Source of the DNA: Abditibacteriaceae bacterium
GTDB lineage: Bacteria > Armatimonadota > Abditibacteriia > Abditibacteriales > Abditibacteriaceae
Assembly: GCA_965277285.1 (NCBI GenBank)
Contig: OZ255721.1
Coordinates: 448,001-512,000 of the forward strand
Length of the DNA: 64,000 nt
Reading direction: 5' to 3'
In this document: piece after piece, positions 9,705 to 18,282 of the stretch
Layout: the number at the start of each line of letters is the position of its first letter
Position numbering within the stretch: position 1 is the first letter of the stretch
The notes under the pieces: model-generated
What the model was told of the DNA's origin: nothing
Database searches by the model: none
Seen by the model: the letters and a program-made list of their open reading frames with translations, nothing else
Position numbers and translations under genes: made by a program

Positions 9705-9811
9705 ATTTATGTCAACGTTTTTGATTTATGTCAACGTTTTTGATTTATGTCAACGTTTTTGATTTATGTCAACGTTTTTGATTTATGTCAACGTTTTTGA
9801 TTTATGTCAAC
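9698..9811. repeat. Tandem repeat, 6 x 19 bp GTTTTTGATTTATGTCAAC
   Basis: Six identical head-to-tail units with no spacers. Confidence 0.95.
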
Positions 9812-10115
9812 GCCGGATTTGCAGGCTTTGCAAAACGAGTGTGGCGCCGCTCGTTTCGTAATTGACTGTGACGTGGCGTCCGGTACGCAAGTCGCCACTC
9901 CGAATGCCTTTGTTGAGCGGCGTTCCTCTCATGGTGAGGAACTTTGTCGCGTTGTTCGCCTGAAAAGTGTAATCTCTATGGCCTTCGACAACCGTGACCA
10001 CATTTTTGTCATAGTTGACGTTCACGATGCTGCCTTGCAGTTGCGCCGCCAGAGATGGCAGCGCCATTGTCGTTAGTAGCGCCGCACCCACTGGGAAACT
10101 CCAAAACTTTTTCAT
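9807..10115 (-). CDS. Small secreted beta-rich protein (DUF5666/OB-fold-like)
   Basis: AAGGAG SD, signal peptide ending SLA, DLRTGRHVTVNY pattern. Confidence 0.7.
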   Translation of the reverse strand: MKKFWSFPVGAALLTTMALPSLAAQLQGSIVNVNYDKNVVTVVEGHRDYTFQANNATKFLTMRGTPLNKGIRSGDLRTGRHVTVNYETSGATLVLQSLQIRR

Positions 10116-10257
10116 TTTCTTTCTCCTTGTTCAACAAAGGTTTGGGGACAGTGGTTGTAACGATACTACATCGATTTATCACGCGAAGGTCAAGAATCGC
10201 AAGCCATCAAAAGTTAGCATGAGGAAAAGTGTGGTGATGTCACGGTCTCTATTAAGT

Positions 10258-10299
10258 GAAAAACAAGACTGTCATTACACCTTGACAGTCTTGTTTTCC
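10258..10299. terminator. Terminator downstream of argG
   Basis: AAAACAAGACTGTCA-loop-TGACAGTCTTGTTTT hairpin with T/A tails. Confidence 0.7.
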
Positions 10300-10318
10300 A
10301 TTGTTTCGAGTAATCGAT

Positions 10319-11554
10319 TCAAGCATTTTCGCCGGGCGGAAGCATTGGTGCGCTGGCCGATTCTGGCAGCATTTGGATTCGCGTCTGCGTTTGAAGCGGC
10401 AAACCCCACAACTTGATGAAGCCCATTGCGGCGTCTTGGTCAAAAGTGTCGCCCTTGTCATAGGTCGCCAATTCGTATTGATAAAGCGATTTAGGCGACT
10501 TGCGACCGATCACCGAAGAATGGCCTTTGAACAATTTGATGCGAACCGTTCCTTCGACGTGGCGCTGCGAGCTTTCGACAAAGGCGCGCAAATCTTGGTG
10601 CAAAGAACTAAACCACAAACCGTTGTAAATCATCTCGGCGATTTGCAGCGAAACCGTCGCTTTGAAACGCGCCTGATCGCGCGACAGCGTCATGTCTTCC
10701 AGCGCTTGATGCGCCTGATGCAAAACGACACTGGCGGGCGCTTCATAAATCTCACGGCTCTTGATGCCGACAAGCCGGTTTTCGACGTGATCAATTCTGC
10801 CGACGCCATGTTCGCCCGCGATGTCGTTGAGTTTGTTGACGAGCGTCACGCCATCCAAACTTTCGCCGTCCAAGCCGACCGGAATGCCGTTCTCGAACTC
10901 GATTTCGACGATTTGGGCTTTGTCGGGCGCGCTTTCCGGGTTCTTCGTCCACAGCCAGACATCGTTCGGCGGCTCGACCCACGGGTCTTCCAAAATGCCG
11001 GCTTCGACGCTGCGTCCCCACAAGTTCACATCGGTCGAGTAGGGCGAATCCACAGTTGCCGGAATCGGAATGTTGTTCTGGCGCGCGTATTCGATTTCTT
11101 CAGGGCGCGACATTTTCCATTCGCGCACAGGCGCGATAATTTGCAGTTTCGGATCGAGCGCCGTCACTGAAACATCCAAACGCACTTGATCGTTGCCTTT
11201 GCCGGTGCAACCATGCGCAACGGCCTTGGCGCCATATTCATGCGCCACATCGACCAGCAATTTCGCAATCAAAGGGCGTCCAATGGCGGTCGCCAGAGGA
11301 TATTCTTTTTCGTAAATCGCGCCCGCTTGCAGCGCGGGAAACGCAAAATGTTTGAGGAAAATATCGCGACCATCGACAACTTTGGCGTCAATCGCGCCGA
11401 CATCAATCGCGCGCTGGCGAATCGAAGCCAAGTCTTTTTCGCTGCCCAGGTCGATGGTCAACGCGATGACATCAAGGTTGTACTTTTCCTTGATCCACTT
11501 GATGGCGACGCTGGTATCCAGCCCGCCCGAATACGCCAGAATTACGGTATCCAA
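10319..11554 (-). CDS. argG: Argininosuccinate synthase
   Basis: LAYSGGLDTS, HGCTGKGNDQVR, ENRLVGIKSREIYEAP. Confidence 0.97.
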   Translation of the reverse strand: MDTVILAYSGGLDTSVAIKWIKEKYNLDVIALTIDLGSEKDLASIRQRAIDVGAIDAKVVDGRDIFLKHFAFPALQAGAIYEKEYPLATAIGRPLIAKLLVDVAHEYGAKAVAHGCTGKGNDQVRLDVSVTALDPKLQIIAPVREWKMSRPEEIEYARQNNIPIPATVDSPYSTDVNLWGRSVEAGILEDPWVEPPNDVWLWTKNPESAPDKAQIVEIEFENGIPVGLDGESLDGVTLVNKLNDIAGEHGVGRIDHVENRLVGIKSREIYEAPASVVLHQAHQALEDMTLSRDQARFKATVSLQIAEMIYNGLWFSSLHQDLRAFVESSQRHVEGTVRIKLFKGHSSVIGRKSPKSLYQYELATYDKGDTFDQDAAMGFIKLWGLPLQTQTRIQMLPESASAPMLPPGENA

Positions 11555-11608
11555 AAAAGTCTCCTACGCCAAGAATTGACGGTTTGATTTTAATTTTTCA
11601 GCGTTCTA

Positions 11609-11698
11609 CAAACTTATAGTCTGTCATTCTGAGCGCAGCGAAGAATCTAACTGTAACGAGATTCTTCGCTGCGCTCAGAATGACAGACTATAAGTTTG
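11609..11698. repeat. 40-bp perfect inverted repeat, GTCATTCTGAGCGCAGCGAAGAATCT family (family B)
   Basis: Arms 11609-11648 and 11659-11698, 10-nt loop. Confidence 0.9.
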
Positions 11699-11709
11699 AT
11701 AAGCAATTG

Positions 11710-11922
11710 CTATTTCTCGTTGGTTGTCGATTCAGTACTCGATAGGGTTTGTTGCTGTGCCTGTATCGTTTTTAACTGATCGTTCAACTTAGCGTCACTT
11801 TTGGCCAAATCCTGCCGCAATTTGCCCAACTGTTGCGCCGTCGAATTGAGTTGACGCAGCAAAACAATGGCGTAACCGCACGCCACAAAAAGCACGATGA
11901 TAACGATGAGAGCTTTGAACAT
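11710..11922 (-). CDS. Small membrane-anchored coiled-coil protein
   Basis: ATG overlaps upstream stop (TAATG); N-terminal hydrophobic helix then Q/L-rich heptads. Confidence 0.6.
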   Translation of the reverse strand: MFKALIVIIVLFVACGYAIVLLRQLNSTAQQLGKLRQDLAKSDAKLNDQLKTIQAQQQTLSSTESTTNEK

Positions 11923-12338
11923 TAAAGAAAACTTCCTTCGGGATCGCAACTAATGACTTCCACAACATCAACTTCGTGACATTTGAACTGTAATATGAAA
12001 CCATCGCCAATCGCATCTTCAAAATCAACCTCAAAGAAGGTTTTATTTTCATCAATGGAAACTTCGTTATTTGTCAAAGCGAAAAGAGTTGTCTCAAATT
12101 CTGTCCTTTGTGTAACCAGATCCTTAATGCCACGAAACTTCAGAGTTGCTAACACATGATTTTGCAAAACATAAAAACCTTGCGCATCAACTGCTGATGT
12201 CATTTGAAAAACATGAAGAAGCACAGAAACGGAACGTTGGCCGGATTCTTCGATAACGACACTTTTAAGATGCGCATCGTGAAACGAAGGCCAACGTCCA
12301 AAAATTGCTGTGAGTTTTTCTGCGTTGATGATGTTCAT
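11922..12338 (-). CDS. Immunity protein 50 (Imm50)-like
   Basis: FGRWPSFHDA N-terminal motif, 138 aa, C-terminal FKC; family recognised from memory. Confidence 0.65.
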   Translation of the reverse strand: MNIINAEKLTAIFGRWPSFHDAHLKSVVIEESGQRSVSVLLHVFQMTSAVDAQGFYVLQNHVLATLKFRGIKDLVTQRTEFETTLFALTNNEVSIDENKTFFEVDFEDAIGDGFILQFKCHEVDVVEVISCDPEGSFL

Positions 12339-12341
12339 AAT

Positions 12342-13247
12342 TCAACCCATCAGCCAACTGAGGACGGCTTTTTGTGCGTGCAAACGGTTTTCGGCTTGTT
12401 CCCAAACGCGCGATTGGCTGGATTCGAGTACTCGTTCGGTGATTTCTTCTCCACGGTGCGCAGGCAAGCAATGCAAAATAATGGCGTCGGGTTTGGCGTG
12501 CGCCATCAATGCTTCGTTGATTTGATAGGGCGGGAAAACTTCCAGTCGCCGCGCGCTTTCTTCTTCCTGACCCATCGAAGTCCACACATCGGCATAAACC
12601 GCATCGGCGTTTTGCATGGCTTCAACGGGATCGTTCGTGACCACAGTTTCGCCGTCTTGCCGCGCGCGTTCGACAAACTTTTCGTCCGGCGCGTAACCTT
12701 CGGGCGTGGCGACAGCGAACGCGATGCCCAGTTTCGCACAAAGCAGCATCAAAGAATTGCAAACGTTGTTGCCGTCGCCGATATAAGCGATTTTACGACC
12801 TTCCAAACCTTTGCATTCGTGCAAAGTCAGCACATCGGCCAACGCTTGGCACGGATGTTCGCGGTCGCACAATCCGTTGATCACCGGAACATTCGCCCAT
12901 TGCGCCAATTCCGCGACGGTTTCGTGCTTGAAAACGCGCGCCATGATGCCGTCGCACATTCGCCCCAGAACACGCGCTACGTCGGGAATAATTTCGCGCG
13001 AACCCAGACCAATGTCAGCGGGCGCCAGGTAAATCGAATGTCCGCCCAGGTGGTTGGTGCCGACATCAAAAGAAACGCGCGTGCGCAAAGACGGCTTTTC
13101 AAAGATCATCGCCAACGTTTGGCCGCGCAAAGTTTCGCGCTGCCGCACGGGATTGATGCGCAGTTCGTGCTTCAAGCGAACGGCTTCGGCCAGCAGAAAT
13201 TCCGCGTCTTCACGCGACAAGTCGTTAATGGAAAGCAAATGTCTCAT
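12342..13247 (-). CDS. argF: Ornithine carbamoyltransferase
   Basis: FEKPSLRTRVSF, HPCQALAD, DVWTSMG, LHCLP, QAENRLH; start at MRHLLS. Confidence 0.96.
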   Translation of the reverse strand: MRHLLSINDLSREDAEFLLAEAVRLKHELRINPVRQRETLRGQTLAMIFEKPSLRTRVSFDVGTNHLGGHSIYLAPADIGLGSREIIPDVARVLGRMCDGIMARVFKHETVAELAQWANVPVINGLCDREHPCQALADVLTLHECKGLEGRKIAYIGDGNNVCNSLMLLCAKLGIAFAVATPEGYAPDEKFVERARQDGETVVTNDPVEAMQNADAVYADVWTSMGQEEESARRLEVFPPYQINEALMAHAKPDAIILHCLPAHRGEEITERVLESSQSRVWEQAENRLHAQKAVLSWLMG

Positions 13248-13295
13248 GGGATTTTGAACCGCGAAGAGCGCGAAGAGCATGAAGAAAGGCGCAAC

Positions 13296-13323
13296 GTACG
13301 GGCGAGGCATGCCTCGCCCGTAC
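13296..13323. repeat. 28-bp perfect palindrome, GTAG/GTAC-type REP-like
   Basis: GTACGGGCGAGGCATGCCTCGCCCGTAC between argD and argF. Confidence 0.75.
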
Positions 13324-13364
13324 AGCCATCTTTCACTTCCATCTTTCACTTCGCGTCTCTGCGG

Positions 13365-14741
13365 TTAATTGATTTCTTGAAAAGCCGCTTGAAGTTTTGC
13401 CATCGCTTCATCCACGTCGGTTTTGGAGATTGTCAGCGGTGGCAGGAAGCGCAAATACGAATCGCCGACGGCGTTGAAAATCAGGCCGTTTTGCAGGCTG
13501 GCTTTCATCAATTCGCGCGCGATGGGTTTCGTCGTTGTGGCGCCGATTATCAGGCCGCTGCCGCGCACATCAGAAACGAAATCGCACGCTGCTAACTGCG
13601 ATTGAAAATAGCCGCCGACCTCGAGCGCGTTCTGCATCAAGTTCTCGCTTTCGAGTACTCGAAGTGTTGCCAAAGCTGCGGCGCAACTTAAGAAATTGCC
13701 GCCGAACGTGCAACCATGCGTTCCTGGAACCAAGACTTTCGCAACCTCATCGCGCGCTAACAACGCACCGATTGGCACGCCATTGCCCAAACCTTTGGCC
13801 ATCACAATGATGTCGGGTTTGACGTCGCTCGATTCGTGCGCGAAAAACTTGCCGGTGCGTCCCATGCCGCATTGAACTTCATCGAACATCAAGAGCAAAC
13901 CGTGTTCGTCGCAAAGGGCGCGCACTTGTTGAAGATATTCGGCATCGCACGGCCAGACGCCGCTTTCGCCTTGAATTGGTTCCAGCAAGATCGCGGCGGT
14001 TTCGTCAGTGATAGCGGCTTTCAAAGCGTCGAAGTCGTTGCGCGCAACGTAGCGAAAACCCTGTGGCAGCGGCGCGAAACCTTCGTGGTATTTCGGTTGC
14101 CCGGTCGCCGCCAGGCTGCCATAAGTGCGGCCATGAAAGCTGTCCTCAATCGAGATAATCTCAAATCGAGTACTCGATGGCGCGTCGGCGTTTTGTGAAG
14201 CGGCGTTTTTGGTGTGGAAGTATTTGCGCACCAATTTCAAAGCGGCTTCGTTCGCTTCGGCTCCGCTGTTACAGAAAAAAGCGCGCATTCCGCCGGAAAG
14301 TTCTGACAATTTTTGCGCGAGTTCGACTTGTGGCGCGATGTAATAAAGGTTCGCCGTGTGCATCAAGGTCGCGGCTTGTTCGCTGATGACGCGCGTGATT
14401 TCAGGGTGCGAATGACCCAATGTGACGACGGCGATGCCGCCCAGAAAATCGAGATATTCGCGGTCTTCGCTGTCCCATAACTTCGCGCCTTGGCCTTTAA
14501 CGAACGCGACGGGAAGCCGCCCATAGTTTTGGAAACCATGTTCGGCGTCGGTTGCAATCAGGTCGTGCAGGCGCGAAGTTGGCGCGACGTGCTCTTCGTT
14601 TTGCGTTGAAGTGTCAGGTGTTTGCGCGATGTCGCTCGAAGCGGTCGCGGGTTGCGTGGTCGGTTCGGTTGAAAAATCAACTTTGTTTTCGATTGCTGCC
14701 GCCGGTGCGGGCGCAATCTTTTGCGGCGTGGAAATGGACAT
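13365..14741 (-). CDS. argD: Acetylornithine aminotransferase
   Basis: NSGAEANE, SFHGRT, EPIQGE, FDEVQCGMGRTG, MAKGLGNG, HGCTFGGN; arg cluster context. Confidence 0.92.
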   Translation of the reverse strand: MSISTPQKIAPAPAAAIENKVDFSTEPTTQPATASSDIAQTPDTSTQNEEHVAPTSRLHDLIATDAEHGFQNYGRLPVAFVKGQGAKLWDSEDREYLDFLGGIAVVTLGHSHPEITRVISEQAATLMHTANLYYIAPQVELAQKLSELSGGMRAFFCNSGAEANEAALKLVRKYFHTKNAASQNADAPSSTRFEIISIEDSFHGRTYGSLAATGQPKYHEGFAPLPQGFRYVARNDFDALKAAITDETAAILLEPIQGESGVWPCDAEYLQQVRALCDEHGLLLMFDEVQCGMGRTGKFFAHESSDVKPDIIVMAKGLGNGVPIGALLARDEVAKVLVPGTHGCTFGGNFLSCAAALATLRVLESENLMQNALEVGGYFQSQLAACDFVSDVRGSGLIIGATTTKPIARELMKASLQNGLIFNAVGDSYLRFLPPLTISKTDVDEAMAKLQAAFQEIN

Positions 14742-14841
14742 AAGTTTCTCCCCAAATGGTAGGACGCGCTGGCACCAGCGCAGCGCGTCCGTTGTTCTTC
14801 GGTCTCTTTCGAGTACTCGAAAAAAGGTATTCTATCAGTTC

Positions 14842-16794
14842 TCAGTGTTTGTCGTTGATGTCGCTGCGAAACGGAACAGCGGGCAGACCTACGCCATTAT
14901 ACACGTTTACGTCGGGGTTGTTCGCCCAGCCATAACGCACATATTTTGGATTGGCCACATTCGGGCTGGACAAAATCACCGACTGGCCGCTGATTTTTGC
15001 CTGCGCCCACACAAAGTTTTTGTCGGCGCCTGCAATAGCAAAGCCGCGCGGCGCCGTTCCATCGGAAGTTTTCAAGCCTTTGGCGTGCGACAGTTTGACG
15101 CGAAGTGTGTTGCCTTCGGTTTTCAACTTCTCGAACATCGGGCCGGAATATTCGATTTTGCGGCCATAATCTTTGGCCAGCGCGTTGACCGCCAGGCGAT
15201 AACCGACGTCGCGCTTATCTTTGGGATGAATGTCGTCCGCTTCGCCGATGTCGATAATCGTCGCCATTCCCGTGTGAGGAACGCTGAGCGTCATGGTCTG
15301 GGCTTCGCGCAATTCGGCCCAATCGCTGTTTTCCGGCTGCGGATTGCGCACCATGTAGTTGGCCAGTTGAACCCAGTAGAAACCGAGATTCTCCTGTCCG
15401 AAACGCGCGCGCCAGTCGCGGATAAGATTCGGCATCAGCGTGCGATAGATGACGGGCGCGCCCGCGTTCGTTTCGCCCTGATACCAGATGACGCCGCGCA
15501 ACGCGAACGGCACCAGCGGCGCGATCATGCCGTTATACAAAACCGTCGGCCGATTGGGATTGTTGCCGAAGTCTAAGGGCGCTGGCGCCAGCTTATCCAG
15601 CGTTGCGGTCGGTTGATATTTCCACGCATTGTCCAACGCGATGGGCGCGTCGCTCGCGTGTTCCAGGCGCATCTTGTCGCCGCCCATAAATCCGGCCAAA
15701 CCGCCCGTATCGAGTACGGCAACCGCGATTACGTTGCGTCCCTCCTTGACCAGATTGCCCGGAACCGTGTAATGGCGTGGCGCGATGGGATCGTAGCCCG
15801 AGCCGACTTGCGTGCCGTTCCAATAGGTCGCGTCGCGGTCGTCGAGCGCGCCCAAATGCAGCGTCAAATCCTGGCCGCTCCAGTTCGCGGGCACATCAAT
15901 TGTTTTGCGAAACCAGACGACGCCGTGATAATCGGGCAATCCGGCGGTTCCCCAGCCCTGAGTTTGCGGCAACGTCATTTCTTTCCACGAAGTGTCATCG
16001 AAATCCGGGTTCTGCCAGTTGCCGATTGTCCCTGGCTCAGTTTTCCACCAACTCACCATGCGTTCGGACATCGGTGCGGTCGCGTGCGCGGCGTCTTGCA
16101 TCGCGGCAATTTGCGCGGGGTAGGGCGAAACCGTGCTCAGCGTTTGGCGGCTCGTCCACGCTTCGATGTAAGTTCCGCCCCACGTCGAATCGATCAGGCC
16201 AATCGGAATGCCCAACGCGCGGTGCAAATCGCGCCCGAAGTAATAACCGACAGCGGAAAAAATACCGGCTGTCTGCGAATTACAAACCTGCCAACTCGAT
16301 GGCGCTTTCACTTCGGCTTGAGGATCGACTTGAGGATTTTTCGCCACCATCAACAAGCGAATGTTGGGATAATTGGCGCCAGCGATTTCTTTTTGCGCCG
16401 CGACATACGGCACGGAACCAACGGCTGACCAGGTTTGCAACGGATATTCCATGTTCGACTGACCCGAACACAGATAAACATCGCCGACCGCGACATTGTG
16501 TAAAACAAGCGAGTTTTTGCCGTTGACGCGCATCGTCAAACCCGTCGCAACTTTCAAAGGCGCCAATCGCAGCAACCAATGACCGCTCGCGTCCGCGACA
16601 ACACTTTGACTTTGCCCCGCAATGTTCACCGTGACGCGTTCGCCCGCATCGGCTGTGCCCCAAACCGGAGCGGGTTTATCGCGCTGCAAAACCATGTCGT
16701 CGCTGAACAGCGACTGCAGTTTCACATCAGCGCGCGCCGCACCCGACACGCTCGCCAAAACTCCCAACGCCAAAGCCATGTGACCAGTTTTCAT
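14842..16794 (-). CDS. Secreted sialate O-acetylesterase (SASA family) with inserted sugar-binding domain
   Basis: Signal peptide, DMVLQR, GDVYLCSGQSNM, WYQGETN, DIHP. Confidence 0.9.
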   Translation of the reverse strand: MKTGHMALALGVLASVSGAARADVKLQSLFSDDMVLQRDKPAPVWGTADAGERVTVNIAGQSQSVVADASGHWLLRLAPLKVATGLTMRVNGKNSLVLHNVAVGDVYLCSGQSNMEYPLQTWSAVGSVPYVAAQKEIAGANYPNIRLLMVAKNPQVDPQAEVKAPSSWQVCNSQTAGIFSAVGYYFGRDLHRALGIPIGLIDSTWGGTYIEAWTSRQTLSTVSPYPAQIAAMQDAAHATAPMSERMVSWWKTEPGTIGNWQNPDFDDTSWKEMTLPQTQGWGTAGLPDYHGVVWFRKTIDVPANWSGQDLTLHLGALDDRDATYWNGTQVGSGYDPIAPRHYTVPGNLVKEGRNVIAVAVLDTGGLAGFMGGDKMRLEHASDAPIALDNAWKYQPTATLDKLAPAPLDFGNNPNRPTVLYNGMIAPLVPFALRGVIWYQGETNAGAPVIYRTLMPNLIRDWRARFGQENLGFYWVQLANYMVRNPQPENSDWAELREAQTMTLSVPHTGMATIIDIGEADDIHPKDKRDVGYRLAVNALAKDYGRKIEYSGPMFEKLKTEGNTLRVKLSHAKGLKTSDGTAPRGFAIAGADKNFVWAQAKISGQSVILSSPNVANPKYVRYGWANNPDVNVYNGVGLPAVPFRSDINDKH

Positions 16795-16841
16795 AAATCT
16801 CCCTTGCGCCAATTGCGAATCGAGTACTCGATATAACGCGA

Positions 16842-17216
16842 CTAAACGTCGTAACCCATTGATTTAATGAACGCCTCAAACCAAATTGAGAAGAGGAAAC
16901 CAATTGCAATCGTTGCCACAAAAAACGCCCAGCCCATCTTGGTTTTCGGCATACGACTTCGGAATCCGCCCATGTGATGGACGGAAAATCCGGGAAACAA
17001 AAGTTGCATCAGACCATACGACAAAATCATTAGAGTCGCACCGGCCCATGTTGGGTGTAATGACAAAGACGCCACATGATGAAGAGCATCCTGCAAAGGA
17101 CAGACAATGACGAAGTATCCGATAGCCGCTCCCATCAAAGTCAGGAATAAACCGCTCCATCTTTGTGCTTTCAATCGTTTTTTCGGGGTGTCATTGATTG
17201 TCATGCTTACCTTCAA
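16842..17216 (-). CDS. Hypothetical 3-TM membrane protein
   Basis: Three hydrophobic segments; flanked by 19-bp direct repeats; start uncertain. Confidence 0.6.
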   Translation of the reverse strand: MKVSMTINDTPKKRLKAQRWSGLFLTLMGAAIGYFVIVCPLQDALHHVASLSLHPTWAGATLMILSYGLMQLLFPGFSVHHMGGFRSRMPKTKMGWAFFVATIAIGFLFSIWFEAFIKSMGYDV

Positions 17217-17246
17217 CAGTTGCGCATCGAGTACTTGGAACCTGTT

Positions 17247-18134
17247 CTATCCTTCTTTTATCATCGTGCCGCAACCTTCGTCGGTGAAAAGCTCGGTCAA
17301 AATGGCGTGTGGCGCGCGGCCATCAACGATGTGGGCGCGCCCGACGCCGCCTTGAACGGCTTCGATGCAGCAGCGCACTTTGGGAATCATGCCGGTCGAA
17401 ACCGTGCCGGACGCCAGCAATTCTTCGGCTTCTTTGATTGTGAGTGCTTCGATTAACGACGATTTGTCGCTGAAATCTCGATAAATGCCTTCAACGTCCG
17501 TTAGCAACAATAATTTGACGGCGCCCAAAGCTGCGGCAATCGCGCCCGCCGCCAAGTCCGCGTTGATGTTGTAAGTTTCGCCGTTTTCGCCCGGCGCAAC
17601 CGGCGTCACGACTGGCACAAAACCGGAACGCGCCAAAGTTTGCAGCACTTCGACATTGACTTTTTCGACCTCGCCCACCAACCCCCAGTCCGCGTTTTTT
17701 TCTTGGTCAATGAACTTGCGCGCCTTCAAAAGTCCGGCGTCTTTGCCAGAAAGTCCAACAGCGGGCGCGCCTTTTTCATGGAGCAATTGCGCGATGTTTT
17801 TGCCGATTTGTCCCATCACCATTTCCGTGACGCGCATCGTTTCTTCATCCGTGACGCGCATTCCGTCCACGAAATTCGGCTCGATGCCCAGTTGCGCGCA
17901 CATCGCGGAAATTTCCTTGCCGCCGCCATGAACCACAACCGGATGCACGCCGACATAATGCAACAGCGCGACATCCCCCATCACAGCCGCTTTTAACGCG
18001 TCGTTGGTCATCGCCGCGCCGCCATATTTAATGACAACGGTTTGTCCATGCAAGCGCCGCAAATACGGCAACGCTTCGGAAATAATTGTGGCGCGCTGCG
18101 TCGAATCGAAAGGGGAAATCGAGTACTCGTTCAT
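17247..18134 (-). CDS. argB: Acetylglutamate kinase
   Basis: VIKYGGAAM, VVHGGG, GMRVTD, NINAD, LTDVEG, GMIPKV. Confidence 0.96.
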   Translation of the reverse strand: MNEYSISPFDSTQRATIISEALPYLRRLHGQTVVIKYGGAAMTNDALKAAVMGDVALLHYVGVHPVVVHGGGKEISAMCAQLGIEPNFVDGMRVTDEETMRVTEMVMGQIGKNIAQLLHEKGAPAVGLSGKDAGLLKARKFIDQEKNADWGLVGEVEKVNVEVLQTLARSGFVPVVTPVAPGENGETYNINADLAAGAIAAALGAVKLLLLTDVEGIYRDFSDKSSLIEALTIKEAEELLASGTVSTGMIPKVRCCIEAVQGGVGRAHIVDGRAPHAILTELFTDEGCGTMIKEG

Positions 18135-18282
18135 GGTTTCAGCAGTTTAGCACCGTCTTCAAGACGAACAAACGTTTGCTGCCCCATTGTTTCTTGTATC
18201 GTGTGCTCTGTCCTGTTACGTTAAAGCCATTGACATGAGACGCTTGAGCGTGCCAATTTCTCTGCCGAAATCTTCCATTGAT

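Noticed and set aside
9698..9811. CRISPR array
   Set aside because: Units are 19 bp, head-to-tail, with no spacers and no cas genes nearby.
13248..13349. N-terminal extension of argF in the ORF track
   Set aside because: It translates intergenic repeats (28-bp palindrome, CCATCTTTCACTT x2); the real start is MRHLLS at 13247.
10301..13595. Long plus-strand ORFs 10301-11170 and 12204-13595
   Set aside because: Antisense shadows of argG and argF/argD with no recognisable motifs.
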